Program-made: the position numbers and the translations under genes
Assembly (NCBI RefSeq): GCF_001194135.2
Contig: NC_068982.1
Coordinates: 110,476,746 to 110,540,745 of the forward strand
Direction: 5' to 3'
DNA: 64,000 nucleotides
From: Octopus bimaculoides
Lineage: Eukaryota
The notes under the pieces: model-generated
What the model was told of the DNA's origin: nothing
Database searches by the model: none
Seen by the model: the letters and a program-made list of their open reading frames with translations, nothing else
Shown here: positions 1 through 12,800 of the stretch, piece after piece
How positions within the stretch are numbered: the stretch's first letter is position 1
How the letters are laid out: each line of letters starts with the position of its first letter

Positions 1-141
1 TATACATAATATATGTACGCGTGTGTGTCAGTTCAGGCTTATTTACAATGATTATCTTTCAGGATTTAGTGCACAGTGGGAACAGCATATAGGAGTTTTT
101 AAATACCTGGTATTAATTTAAGCTCCCTACTCATATCCATA

Positions 142-147
142 TTTATT
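142..147 (-). terminator. Candidate polyadenylation signal for DDX10
   Basis: AATAAA on the minus strand about 65 nt after the stop, with an ATTAAA at 189-194. Which one is used is not determinable here. Confidence 0.4.
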
Positions 148-213
148 TTCCCAGAATTAAGTCTGAACTATTCAATAAGAGATAATATTTTAATTCTGAT
201 TTACTTATAACAG

Positions 214-361
214 CTAACTTTGATGCATTAGCTTCAGAACAAGGTCCTCTGTGTCTTCAATATTCAATCCATCTTGGTTATAATTACCAGAGTTATCACT
301 GTCTTTTGAAGGTGCTATATTTTTTCGTTTGCGTTTCAAAGGAGGAGGAGAAGGACTAGAG
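214..361 (-). CDS. DDX10: DDX10 exon 19, terminal coding part (148 nt including TAG)
   Basis: A long T tract and gcag precede [48 protein letters not shown]; stop at 214-216. Confidence 0.92.
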
Positions 362-3300
362 CTGCAAAAAAAAAAAAAAAAAAGTATTAAAACATTTAAA
401 AAAGCTAAAAACAGAAAACATCAATGTCTTAATAAACATCCTGAGTAACCATGATCATTCAAAGATATCTAATGAGTAATTAAACACTAGTCCTCCAGAC
501 TACTCAATTTTCTCAGAATAAAAATGCAATGTTTCTTCTATTGCACAGGCAAAAGAAGGAATTATAAAGCAAATAATCAAATGTACTTCCTTTTCACTAT
601 GTACAATGTTTCATTCAAGTTGGAGTCTGAACTGTAAAGGTATAAGAGAGAACTAAAGACCCACTTGATTTCTAATCATGTCTTATGTATTGTAAGACTA
701 AGTAAAGTTAAAATAGCATTTCTAGGGCTAAAGCAAGAGTGCAGTAGAGTAATGGAGATTCTTTAAGAATCAAGGATTATGATAAATTCTGAACTCTTAA
801 ATGATGCATGGATATTATGCAAATTAATCATCATATTGAAAAAAAAAAAATTCAGATTAATTAGATAATAAAAATCTATAAAAGTTGTTGAAACAATTAA
901 ATAAATAGGTTTCAGGAGATAATTCTTTAATGATAGCATAAACTAACTTAATAGTGACCCGCATAGCAGGTTTAAGATTGGGAATTAGTGGCAGTGCTAC
1001 ATACCAAATACTGTTGTCATCAGATTCATTAGAAACTTCATCTTCAGAATAATTTCCATCAGTGTCATTTTCAGGTTCACCAGAATCAGAATAATCGTGA
1101 GATTCTTCATCACTGCCAGTCCGCAGAACAACTGTACGTTGATTCTTCTAATAAGATTCAAGACAAAAATATAAATTAAATTTAGAGAATAGTAATTTAG
1201 AGGTCTAATATTTTTTTTATATATGTTATGGTCTCATTTTGTTCTAGGCATGTAACGGCAATACATTGAAATCAGTGCATGCAGTAAAAAAGAATTCCTC
1301 AAACATCTGATGCTTATATGCCAGTTATACCTAGCCAAAGATAAACCTCTGTACCTGGCTTTCGTTGACATGGAGAAAGCCTTTGACAGGGTCCCCCGAT
1401 CCCTTATCTGGTGGTCAATGAGGAAACTAGGGATAGATGAATGGTTAGTGAGAGCTGTGTGAGCCATGTACAGGGATGCTGTCAGTAAGGTGAGGGTTGG
1501 CAACAAGTACAGTGAAGAATTCCGGGTAGAGGTAGGGGTCCACCAAGGTTCAGTCCTCAGCCCCCTCCTATTTATCATAGTCCTCCAGGCAATAACAGAG
1601 GAATTCAAGACAGGATGCCCCTGGGAGCTCCTCTATGCTGATGACCTTGCTCTAATTGCTGAGTCACTATCAGAACTAGAGGAGAAGTTTCAGGTGTGGA
1701 AGCAAGGATTAGAATCAAAGGGCCTTAGAGTTAACCTAGCTAAAACCAAAGTCCTAATAAGTAGGAAGGTAGACAAACCACAGACCCCTTCAAGTAGATG
1801 GCCCTGCTCGATTTGTAGAAAAGGCCTAGGTAGAAACTCTATAAGATGTACTCAGTGTAAGATATGGACACATAAGAGGTGCAGCAATATCAAAGGAAGG
1901 CTAACTAGGAAGATAGTTTTTGTATGTGGCAGATGCTCAGGAGCAATAAACACTGAAAATGTGCAGAGAACAACTTCTGCCATATTCCAGGGAGAAAAAC
2001 TAGAAGTAGTTGATAGCTTCTGTTACCTAGGTGACCAAGTTAGTAGCAGGGGTGGGGGCTCTGAATGTGTAGCTGCTAGAATAAGAATAGCCCGGGCAAA
2101 GTCCAGAGAGCTCTTACCTCTGCTGGTGACAAAGGGCCTCTCGCTCAGAGTAAAAGGCAGACTGTATGATGCATGTGTATGAACAGCCATGATACATGGC
2201 AGTGAAATATGGGCTGTGACTGCTGAAGACATGCGTAAGCTTGCAAGGAATGAAGCCAGTATGCTCCGATGGATGCGTAATGTCAGTGTGCATAGTTGAC
2301 AGAGTGTAAGTACCTTGAGAGAAAAGTTGGACCTAAGAAGCATCAGTTGTGGTGTGCAAGAGAGACAATTGCGCTGGTATGGTGATTTGGTGAGAATGGA
2401 TGAGGATAGCTGTGTGAAAAAGTGCCACAGCCTAGCGAAAGAGGTAGACCCAGGAAGACCGGGGATGAGGTGGCGAAGCACGACCTTTGAACATTAGGCT
2501 TCACCGAGGCAATGACTAGTGACCGAGACCTTTGGAAATATGCTGTGCGTGAGAAGACCCAGCATGATAAGTGAGACCATAACCCGTGGCCTTTACCAGG
2601 GGTGTAGCCAGCCCACTTATGCGTACCTTTCCTTCTTTGGACACAAAACCCTGCTTGCGAAGACCTGTTGAGGCAAGTGAGATCGAAATCGAGCCAAATT
2701 CGACTGGCACCCATGCCAGAGACCAAACAGAGGAATGTAATGTAGATGTAAATATCAAACCTATTTCCATCTCTAAAGATAAAGTTAATTATTTGAAAAA
2801 TTATAATAATTTTTACATTAAATTTTTCCATGATTGCATTGGGGTATGGTTTATTTTGATCAATTAATTTTATAGTTAGATGCCCTTCATTCTACCAATC
2901 TTAACTGGGAATCAGAGTGAGACTGTTTCTTGTTTAGTTAGCAAATTTAGAGCAAACAGAGTTACCTATCTTACTCAAGTGTACAATATAGACAATAATA
3001 AGATCTGGAAGCTCATGGTCAACATTCCAATATCTTAAACTGATAACCATCTTGTATAACAAAAAATCTGAGTAATTCTTAATTGCAGATACGGATCATG
3101 CTAGTCCATTAATTAGGTAAATATATAGGGGATAATTAAATTTAAAAACTAAATTAAATAGATTAAAAAAAAAAAAAAAAAAAGAAACAAAATGGTTAAA
3201 TCACAAGTTACCATTTTCTTCTGACGCAGCATTTCTTTTCTTTTTAATCGGATTTCCTAAAAGACACAAAGTAAAATGTAAATTATAACAGGTATTAAAA

Positions 3301-6300
3301 GATATATATTTATGAAGAAAGTGAAGTGAAAGGAGATAAAACCTGAAAGTCATGCATTTAAAAAAATACTATTCTGAGCCCTAAACTAGAAAAGGTGAGA
3401 AAGGATTTTTAAGAGAACATATTTGATACACAAACAGAAGTTAGTGGTTCTTATTGCATTGATGAAAAAATAAATGTCTAGGATTTAACAAACTACAAGA
3501 AAATATTTAATAATAATGGTTTTAGGTTTTGACATAAGCCAGCAATTTTGGAGGAGGGGGTTTAGCTAATATCATTGACTTCATTACTTCACTGATACTT
3601 TATTTTATCAATGTCAGTGTGCATATATGACAGATTGTAAGCATCCTGAGAGAAAAATTGAGTATAAGAAGCATCAGATGTGTGCAAGAGAGAAGATTGC
3701 ACTGGTTTGGTTATGTGATGCAGATGGACAAGAATAGCTACGTAAAGAAGTGCCGTTCTCTGACTGTAGAGGTAACCTGTGGAAGAGGTAGACCAAGGAC
3801 ATGGGATGAGGTGGTCAAGTATGATTTTTGGATGTTGAATCTAGTGGAGGTGATAACAAGTGACTGAGACCTTTGGTGATTTGTTGTGCTTGAGAAACAT
3901 GTCAAGCCAAGTAAAATTGTAGTTGTGGCCAGTGCTGGTGACATGTAAAAGGCACCAACTACACTATGGAGTGGTTGGTATTAGGAAGGACACCTAGCAG
4001 TAGATGTCCTTCCTAACAGTAGAAACCAGGCCAAAACAGACTGGAGCTTGGTGCAGCTCCCAGTCAAACCACCTAACCCATGCCAGCATGGTATGGGTTA
4101 GACGCTAAATGATGATGAATCTTGAAAGGATGAGAGGCAAAGCTAACCTTGATGGAATTTGAATTTATAAATACTGCTAAGCATTTTGTCTAACTCACTA
4201 ATGATTCTGCCAGCTTGCTCTCTTAACAATAATAATGATGATGATGATGATTTCTTCTATTTGCCATCAAGAGGTACAAGATTAAAACTTTAGGGAAGGA
4301 GTATAGTAAACCAAATTGATACCAGTTCTTACAGGAGGCATTTTGTCTAGTATTCTAAATTCTACCATTGCAGGACCAGGGCAATAGTTATCATTGACTG
4401 ATTAACTGTGGAATAAAAATACAATCTGCAGTCAGGTCAGATTGGGGTACAAAGAGTTATGTACCTTAACTTAAAGAGGCAACAGTATAGAGCTCATGGT
4501 CATGATACAGCACCAGTTCACCTGCACACTGTATACAATAAGTTCATTAATATTATCATTATTATTTAACTTCACAGTTAAGTATACCCACAAAGTATTA
4601 CTCATAAGTCTAGAATGGTACATCTGCAACATACACAAACATTTCAGACTGCATCTAATTCAAAAACAGGCCATTTGACTGAATGATAAACATTCCTTAG
4701 ATAACACCCTACAGCTCCTAGTATATAAGCTAACATGGAACCCAATTATATGTGGTCATTTAATCTGCTAAAAATAGTAGCCAAACATCCTAAAATCATA
4801 CCCTACAACCCTAAAAAAAAAAGGGGACATATATTGGGTAATGTAGTCCTAGATACACTGTGGTTGAAAAAAAAGATGAAATGGTCAAAGCTGGAATGTT
4901 ATTGATCATAGGGATGCTGGATCAGGGTCAGCCTGGAGCAAAAAACAACTAATACTAACATTCTGATACTTTGTATCCACTCTTGTCTTAACAATAACAA
5001 CAACAATGATGGCTCCTGCTTCTCCAGACTAGTAAACTGTGTACAACTTCTGAAAAAAAAATCCCACATAATGCCCCAGTCTCTTCTCTTATGATACTGT
5101 GCATCATCACCCCATCACCCCACAAAACATTTTGCTCAATTCTTTCTCTCCAGGACTTTAAATTAATGGAATTTTCTCCCTTCTCACTTTTAATCAAAAC
5201 GCAGACATTTTAGCTGAACATCAACCACATTGATGTCACCAATCCAAGAGAACCTACAAATGGCTATTATGTGCTTCCTTTTCCTTAAAGTCAATAATAA
5301 TTGGTAAAAACAAACAATTTATTCCAAAAATTCATATGCAAAAGATTAAATCAGAAATATTCTGCTCATAAAATACAGCTGACTGAACACACCATTTGGT
5401 CCTTGAGTGTCTTTAGCAGAGAATAATTTGTTGCAAGTATTTAAACCAGAAACACAAACTTATTCCTTTCCTAATGCATATTTTTCTTGCCAACATTGAT
5501 TTGCAGATATTCAGGCTGGACATCAGCAACATCAATACATCAATTTTTCAACTTGAGGAAGAGTTTAAAGGTTATGGTCACTGCTCTACCCACCCATAAC
5601 TAACTTGTAAAAAGGAGAAAAAATACTAATCAACAAGACTGGATATAAAAACAACTTGCAAATTGGAAGAATATTTAGAAAATATTGTTCAACCCATGAC
5701 AGCATAGAGAACATGTTAAATAATGATGATGTCTGTTACTTACTTTGTGTCTTGCATTTACTTTGTCATGGAAAATTTTCTTATCAACTTTATCTTCAGC
5801 CTCCATGTACATTTTGGCTTCTTCAATACTTATTCCACAAACATCTAACTGACCGATTTCTCTATTTGAAGTTTGGGCATGTTTATACATATCTTTAACA
5901 ACCTGAAATTATATGAACAGAACAAACAAATGGAGCTTTCCTATATATATNNNNNNNNNNGAACACACTGAAATAAATATTTAAGCATTTAAGCATGGAA
6001 ATTTGAAATACGGTGGAAGAGTGGAGACAAATCAATGTACCAGAAGGGGAACATAGAAACAATTAAAATATTAGTTAGTGACAGGAGGTTGTAAAATCCA
6101 AATGTAAGGAGAAATATGTAAGATTGGAAATAGGTAGAAAAATCAATAACTAACGATACACAAAAGATGTATTTGGACCTCAAAAAGACAAATTGGCTGT
6201 TGAGGTTAAACTAATGATGGTATAACATCAAAGGTATCACATGAAATGAAGAAGCTTAAGGGTATTATCATTAGTGATTCTCTCTATGAAGAGATTACGA

Positions 6301-9300
6301 AACAAGGTTTGTGTTAGAAGGCTGATACTTCATGGTGCAGAGAAATTGAAGATCTTCAATAACTAGAGAAAAGGAGCTTAGTTTTGTCTATTGGGTATAA
6401 AGTATAACCATAAGGTACTGAGTACAAGTAAATCAGGAAAGTATTTGAATATGAGGGTGTTTGTTGATATATGTAGAAGAGATATCTGCATTAGTATGGA
6501 CATATGATACAAGTAAGAGGTGTTGTGTGGTGGCAGGAGAGGACAATGGAGGAGATGATGCAAGAGTGAGATGTTGAAAAATGCTGTAGTATATATCTGT
6601 GTAATGTATATTGCCAAAGAAAAATGGATATTGACTACAATGGTATGCATTTGTATATTTAAGCATACAGGTATGTATGTGTCTACAAACATGAATATAT
6701 GTTTATTGCAGATTTTGAAAATATTTTAACAGTCAATCTATCTCTGGACTGAAATTTATTCAGAGGTAAAACATAACAAAGGCTTCAACTTTATACTAAC
6801 CTCTCCATCATCATCAAATTTAATCTTTGTGTTTAACTCAATGTTTTTCCTTAAAGCACGTTTTGCAATAGAAACTTTACTCAAAACTTTCTTTTTGTTT
6901 TTGGTAACTGTTTTACTGTTGTCAACCTGAAAAAGAAGAGATAAAATATTTTACATGATTCATTCTAATATCTGATCTGTAAAACTGGAGAAATGTTATG
7001 AATCAAACTGGCATCAATAAAGTGAATATGAGAGAGGTGAATTGACTTCAGTAATCAATAACAATTAAGAACGGGTCGTAGGTGAATATAATAACGATTG
7101 TAGTTAGAGTATTCATATCCAGTAATACCAGAATAGTCATTAACCTCAGACCAATCCTAATTGAAAAGATCTATGATCAGAGGCGTTCCTACTTTGACTG
7201 TTACATCTTATTTCAGGTATTGTGTACTCCAGACTACATTATCTGATGAATATTTTATTAAGATTGTATGGTGTGCATGTACGGAGTCTGTTATTTCTGT
7301 TTAGAATACTGTTATTTAGGTGTTATTTCTAGTAGATCAATGACCACATAGAATCTCCCTTGTTGGCATGTGAAGCTCCCAAGCTGTAAATGGTACACAG
7401 ATATGAACACCAATCTAAGTAGACATTGCAGAAAAGAGGAGAAGAGATGAGGTAAGATCTTGGTTAATTCAATACAAAAGCTAAGAATTAAAAATTATAG
7501 ATTACTGGAAGTAGTAGTTAAATTAATATATAGCAATCAAAGAACTTATGATAAAGTAATGCCAACATTTTACATTTGGATGTAATTTCAATGGTTTTAA
7601 TGGCTAAGTCAGTGTCTATGATATTTACAGGCTATCTTTGGTTTGTGAGATTGATATCGCTGGAGTTAGCAAGTGGTTCATGCATGACCTTGAGATAAGA
7701 CAATGAATGCAATGGATATAGGCTGTGTAGAACTTAGTTGGCTTAGAGGAGAAGCTGCTGTAAAAAGCAGAATGAGGAGACAGTATGTCTATAGGCCAGA
7801 AGTTGTTAGTGTTGCTAGTAAGTCTGCAAATCAATCAGACTGCTATCTTTCGGATGGGCAGCTTGTATGTCTGGCAGAGCAGTACCATTGAGATGTAGCA
7901 CTACTCCAGTGTAGGATTTAATTGAACATTAATAGAGAATTAGTGACAGATCAGAGCTGAATTATTTTCTGGCCCTGAAAAGAAGGTTAGTCTTTGGAAT
8001 GCAATTTTAGCTGTATTATATATAAAAAAAAAATTATAGTAAGGCCTACATGTAATATGACATAGAGAGTTTAAACTGTATTGTCCCAACATAGAGAGGA
8101 AGAAGTATAAGACTGTCTCCAGAAAAAAAAAGTTAATATTTTATGATTAAAAAAACATTAAGAGTAAAGTAGCAAAAGACGACAGGCAACAAGCAATATA
8201 CAAAATGTTTGAAGTGTAATTATATTTAAGATAGATTGAAGGAGAGAGAGAAAATATTGTGATAAAATTAAAATATATGAATTGAATGAAAACATGCTTT
8301 ATGTTGATGATTTATAGATATGACCTTACAAGTTGATAGTTTAGAAATACAGGCATAACCTTCATAACAGCTCATGGCAAAAAGCCTTTTATCATCGAAA
8401 TTAAAAGAATGGATAAATAAATAACTCTACCTCCTTGGTTACATTTTCAACTGGCTCAGCAGGAATTCTTCTTTTAAAGGTCAGAAGGTCATCCTCATCA
8501 TCATCACAACCAAACTGTACAGAAAATTTCTCCTTATCACAGTTAGAATTGCCTTCAACACTAGACCCAGATGCTTCATTCTCAGAATCACTACTTGAAC
8601 CACTTCTGGTTGATATGTGATGTTTTGGCTGAGGTTTGACCTGTTTTTTGTGCTTTTCTTGCTCACTTTCAGAGTCAGATTCATCTGATTCAGTAGACTG
8701 CATGTCATCACTCTCCTCACCGTTGGAAGCAGCTTTCTTGACAGAATTATCAGCTTCTTTTTTTAAGCGTTGTTTCTCTTCTTTTTCCAAAAACCGTACA
8801 CGTGGAATTACTTCTAAGCCTAGAGAGCTACAAAATAAATTAATAGATGAGAGACTAAAGTAAGACACCTGACTGTAAAATACTTATCTAAACAGTGTCA
8901 GTATGAGAGATTACAAGGATGAATGATGAGTCATTGACTTATAAATATTTATAATTCAGTCCCTCCCTCCAAAATTTTGGGCCTTGTGCCTAAAATAGAA
9001 AAGAATATTTTAGAAGGCGGCGAGCTGGCAGAAACGTTAGCATGCTGGGTGGTGAAATACTTAGTGGTATTTTGTCTGCCTTTATGTTCTGAGTTCAAAT
9101 TCCGCTGGGGTCGACTTTGTCTTTCATCCTTTTAGGGTCGATAAATTAAGTACCAGTTGCATACTGGGATGGAGGGGGGTTATCTAATTGACTGATCCCA
9201 TCCCCCAAAATTTCAGGCCTTGTGCCTAGAGTAGAAAAGAATATTAATAATCCAGTGTTCATTATATAAATTTCTTAATAATTACAACTAATTAAGAAAA

Positions 9301-9787
9301 CTAAATTATGCATATTTTATAGATGACTTTATTTGTTGATTATACATACCAGGAAAAGTTTCCAAGATCCAGATTTTTCACATCAAAAATACTTTTGTTT
9401 GACATCAAAAATACTGAACGAATATATGAAATAAAGGCCTGCAATCAGAAAAAAGATTAGGAAAGGACCTTTAAAAAATTGAATACAAGGCTGGTGACTA
9501 AGAAAGCGTCTGTAGCAACTAAGTCCAATAAATACATCACTGTTTATTTTAATGTAATAAAATGGCCAGGTGATGAAATGACATGTGATGTATTTACTGT
9601 GATGCAATACACTGTAAAGCAAATCATTATTGGTAAATTCATTGACATGTTTTTATCTGCAGAGTAAATATAGTGCAAAACATTAGAGCTTTTATTCAGT
9701 GTAAATACATCATTTTTTTTAACAATAAAAAAGAAATTCAAAGATAAAAATAAAATCTATATTAAATTTACTGAATCTCTCTCTCTC

Positions 9788-9825
<38 letters not shown>

Positions 9826-12800
9826 CAAAAAAACAAGTCAAAGTTACATTCAAAAATAGAATCACAAAAAAACCTCATTTTATCAGCATCATTCTACTCA
9901 GCTTTCATTAACAGCTATCAAATCTGAGAGTGTTACCTATGATAGTAGACTAGTACCTGGACCATAAGAAGATTTACTCCTCATTTATCAAATGCTATAT
10001 AAATTGAAATAAATACAAGCCTATCGATCTATAGATATGTGAAAAGCTATCAATTTTAACTAGTTTTAGAAATCTTATAGTAATATTAATTTCAAATTTT
10101 GGCACAAGGCCCACAATTTCAGGTGAGAGGTTAAGTCGATCCCAATGTTCAACTGCTACTTATTTACTGACCCTGAAAAGATGAAAGGCAAAGTCAACCT
10201 CAGCAGAATTTGAACTCAGAATGTAAAAATGGACGAAATAAGCATTATACCTGGCACGCTAACAATTCTGGCAGCTCGTTATCTTAAATCTTATAGTAAT
10301 ATTAAAACATAAATCAAGCATCACACTCTGAGAGTTAGATGCTGCTATCTCATCAGCTACAGTGCCATATCTAGTTTCTAAATAATATTCATCATAGCTC
10401 TTCACTGTAAAAAGCTACGTATGTTTAAATCCTCAAATTCCTGTGGTAGGAGTATACATTGCTATACCTACATTATAACCTCCGTTTCCAGCCTCTCTCT
10501 CTTTGTCAAGCTACAATTAACTCACAATATAACACCATGTGACTGTAGTATAAATTGCTTTATTTGATGCCCTCGACAAATGTTTGTATAACACTTGATT
10601 TTATATGGCAGTTACCAGCCTTTTATCTATCAACTGAAATAATGCACTATTATTAAGCATTGTCACCATCATCAATTTACATCTATTTTACATGCGATAT
10701 GGTCTGGAAGTGTGGTCACAATCTGAGTCAGTTCTTATTCGGAGATTCTGCTCTCCTATGTGGGTTAAAGGATCATATCTCACTTGTATGTTCTATTTTT
10801 TGTTTTTATGACTAAGGGCCTATTCAAATACCAACAACTTTACAGATTGTACTGGATGCATTTTACAAGCACCAGCATTAGAGAAGTTGCTATGTCCTCA
10901 ACAAGAATAAAGGACCTTCTTGATGCTACATCAACAGAGATAATGTAGCACTACTTCACACAGTGTCTTGCATACATTTTATTGTGGCATCAGAACTAAT
11001 GAGTTTGTCTTATGCCACAGAAGACTAGGGTCAAAGCAATGAAACCAAGAGAATGAAAAAAACAATGATTGAAATGAGAAGGTGCTGGAAATAGTAATGA
11101 AAGAGAGAGTGATGGTAGCTATGCGTTTGCTGCCAGGGATAGAGAAAGAGAGAGACAGACAATAGTAAAGATGCGTGATGAAAAGATAGATGTCAATTAT
11201 TGGTTACCTGTGGGAGGAGTGATGTGTAGCAGTACACAAGGATAATGGTGAGGTGTATCAGTTGCAAACAAATTTGATCCATTACTCGTTAACACAAAGA
11301 TTTGTGATAAGAGAGAATAGATTTAATGTCTTTTATTAGATGGTTGGCATTAAACATTGAATATGAGAGAAAGAGAGAGAGAGATATGACAAGGTATGGA
11401 AAAAGTAGGTGAGGGGCAAATAGAGACTTAATAGAAATATAATGGGCAAGAGATCCAACTGTAGATATCACAGATATATATGAATGAACAATAATTCATG
11501 AATACCTTTTTGGCATTATCCTTCATTTCAGTATTTTCTGCACACTGTGATTGCAGACGAGGTTTAATATCCCACAACATTTTAGGATTCACTCTGTAAT
11601 AAGAAAGAGAGAAACCATAATGAATATGAATAAACATAAATCTAGGAGGGTTTCTTTATTTTGATATTTTAACTCAGCCTTTTTATGCCGGCATGGGTTA
11701 AATTCAAAATGAAGGTCTTTTAATAACTAAAGATTTACAAAAATTTTCTATGGTGACTTTGATGATAATGAGAGACAAAGTTCAATGAAATTTTATTCAA
11801 ACTCACTGTATCTTTTTTATTGGGATTTTCTTTTTCTGTAAATTCTCAATCATTCCTTGCTCTTCACTGGGCAACAAAAACAATAAGGACTCACCATTCT
11901 TCTTGTATCTGGAAATCATAAATGAAAGCTGCTCTACAACAATTTAAGTCAGAACGATATGAAATGGTGCTATTACAAACAATGACCATGACCTGTGAGT
12001 CACAGAAACAATTATTTCAGTGCATTCTAACATTTGAAGGATAGCGACATACTTTTGCTCATTAAAAATTAGATGACACTATAAATATACATTCTTTCAC
12101 ATTAAATACTGTATAGCTACAGGTGAGAGTAAGCTTACATGGAAAAAATAGGTCATGAATGCTTGATTTTAATTTGCAAATGTAAAATATCCAATATAAA
12201 ATATTCTGGCCTTGAACAATATCACAACACTCAAGGTAGAAAGCACTGAAGTTCAAATTACAAAGACTTCACAATACATTCTAAAACAGAAACAAGAAAC
12301 ACAGGAGAAAACAAATTATTCATTCTTACAGTAGTTCGGTTTTACTTTCATAAAATCTTGGGTTCTGAAGAGACTAATGTTGCAATTTCCAGTGTATTAA
12401 ATAGTTAAGAGAAGAAACATTCTTCAGATAAGAAGTTAATATATAAAGTTTTCTAGAAATACTAGCAGTTTTAATCAGTACATAGCAGATTAACTGAAGC
12501 AATTACACAATGGAATGTCTTCAGCAGTGCATATATGCCCATGTCATACATTGTAATAGTAACTGTAATTTTCCAACAGTGGACTCTATTTAAATTCCAG
12601 TTGATTATTACCTTTGAAACCTAGTTTTCAAAAAAGTTAAGACTATGGGAAAATATCAAACATAGGAGTAAATATTTTAAACAAATATAGCCACTAACAA
12701 TGTGAGTTGAAGATAGCAGAGTTTGCAAATACTAACATTTTATGGTAACTAGTTCAATACTTCAAGTTTATGCCTGAGTCAATAAAATAAGAACCAGTTA

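Noticed and set aside
1234-1608. Antisense ORFs over RTE copies (also 2023-2481 and 60784-61203)
   Set aside because: Shadow frames of the RT coding strand, shared only because the copies are homologous.
12330-12364. 35-nt segment in DDX10 intron 10 with AG/GT boundaries (possible poison exon)
   Set aside because: No similarity to DDX10, and such splice-like pairs are common by chance in AT-rich introns; needs junction reads.
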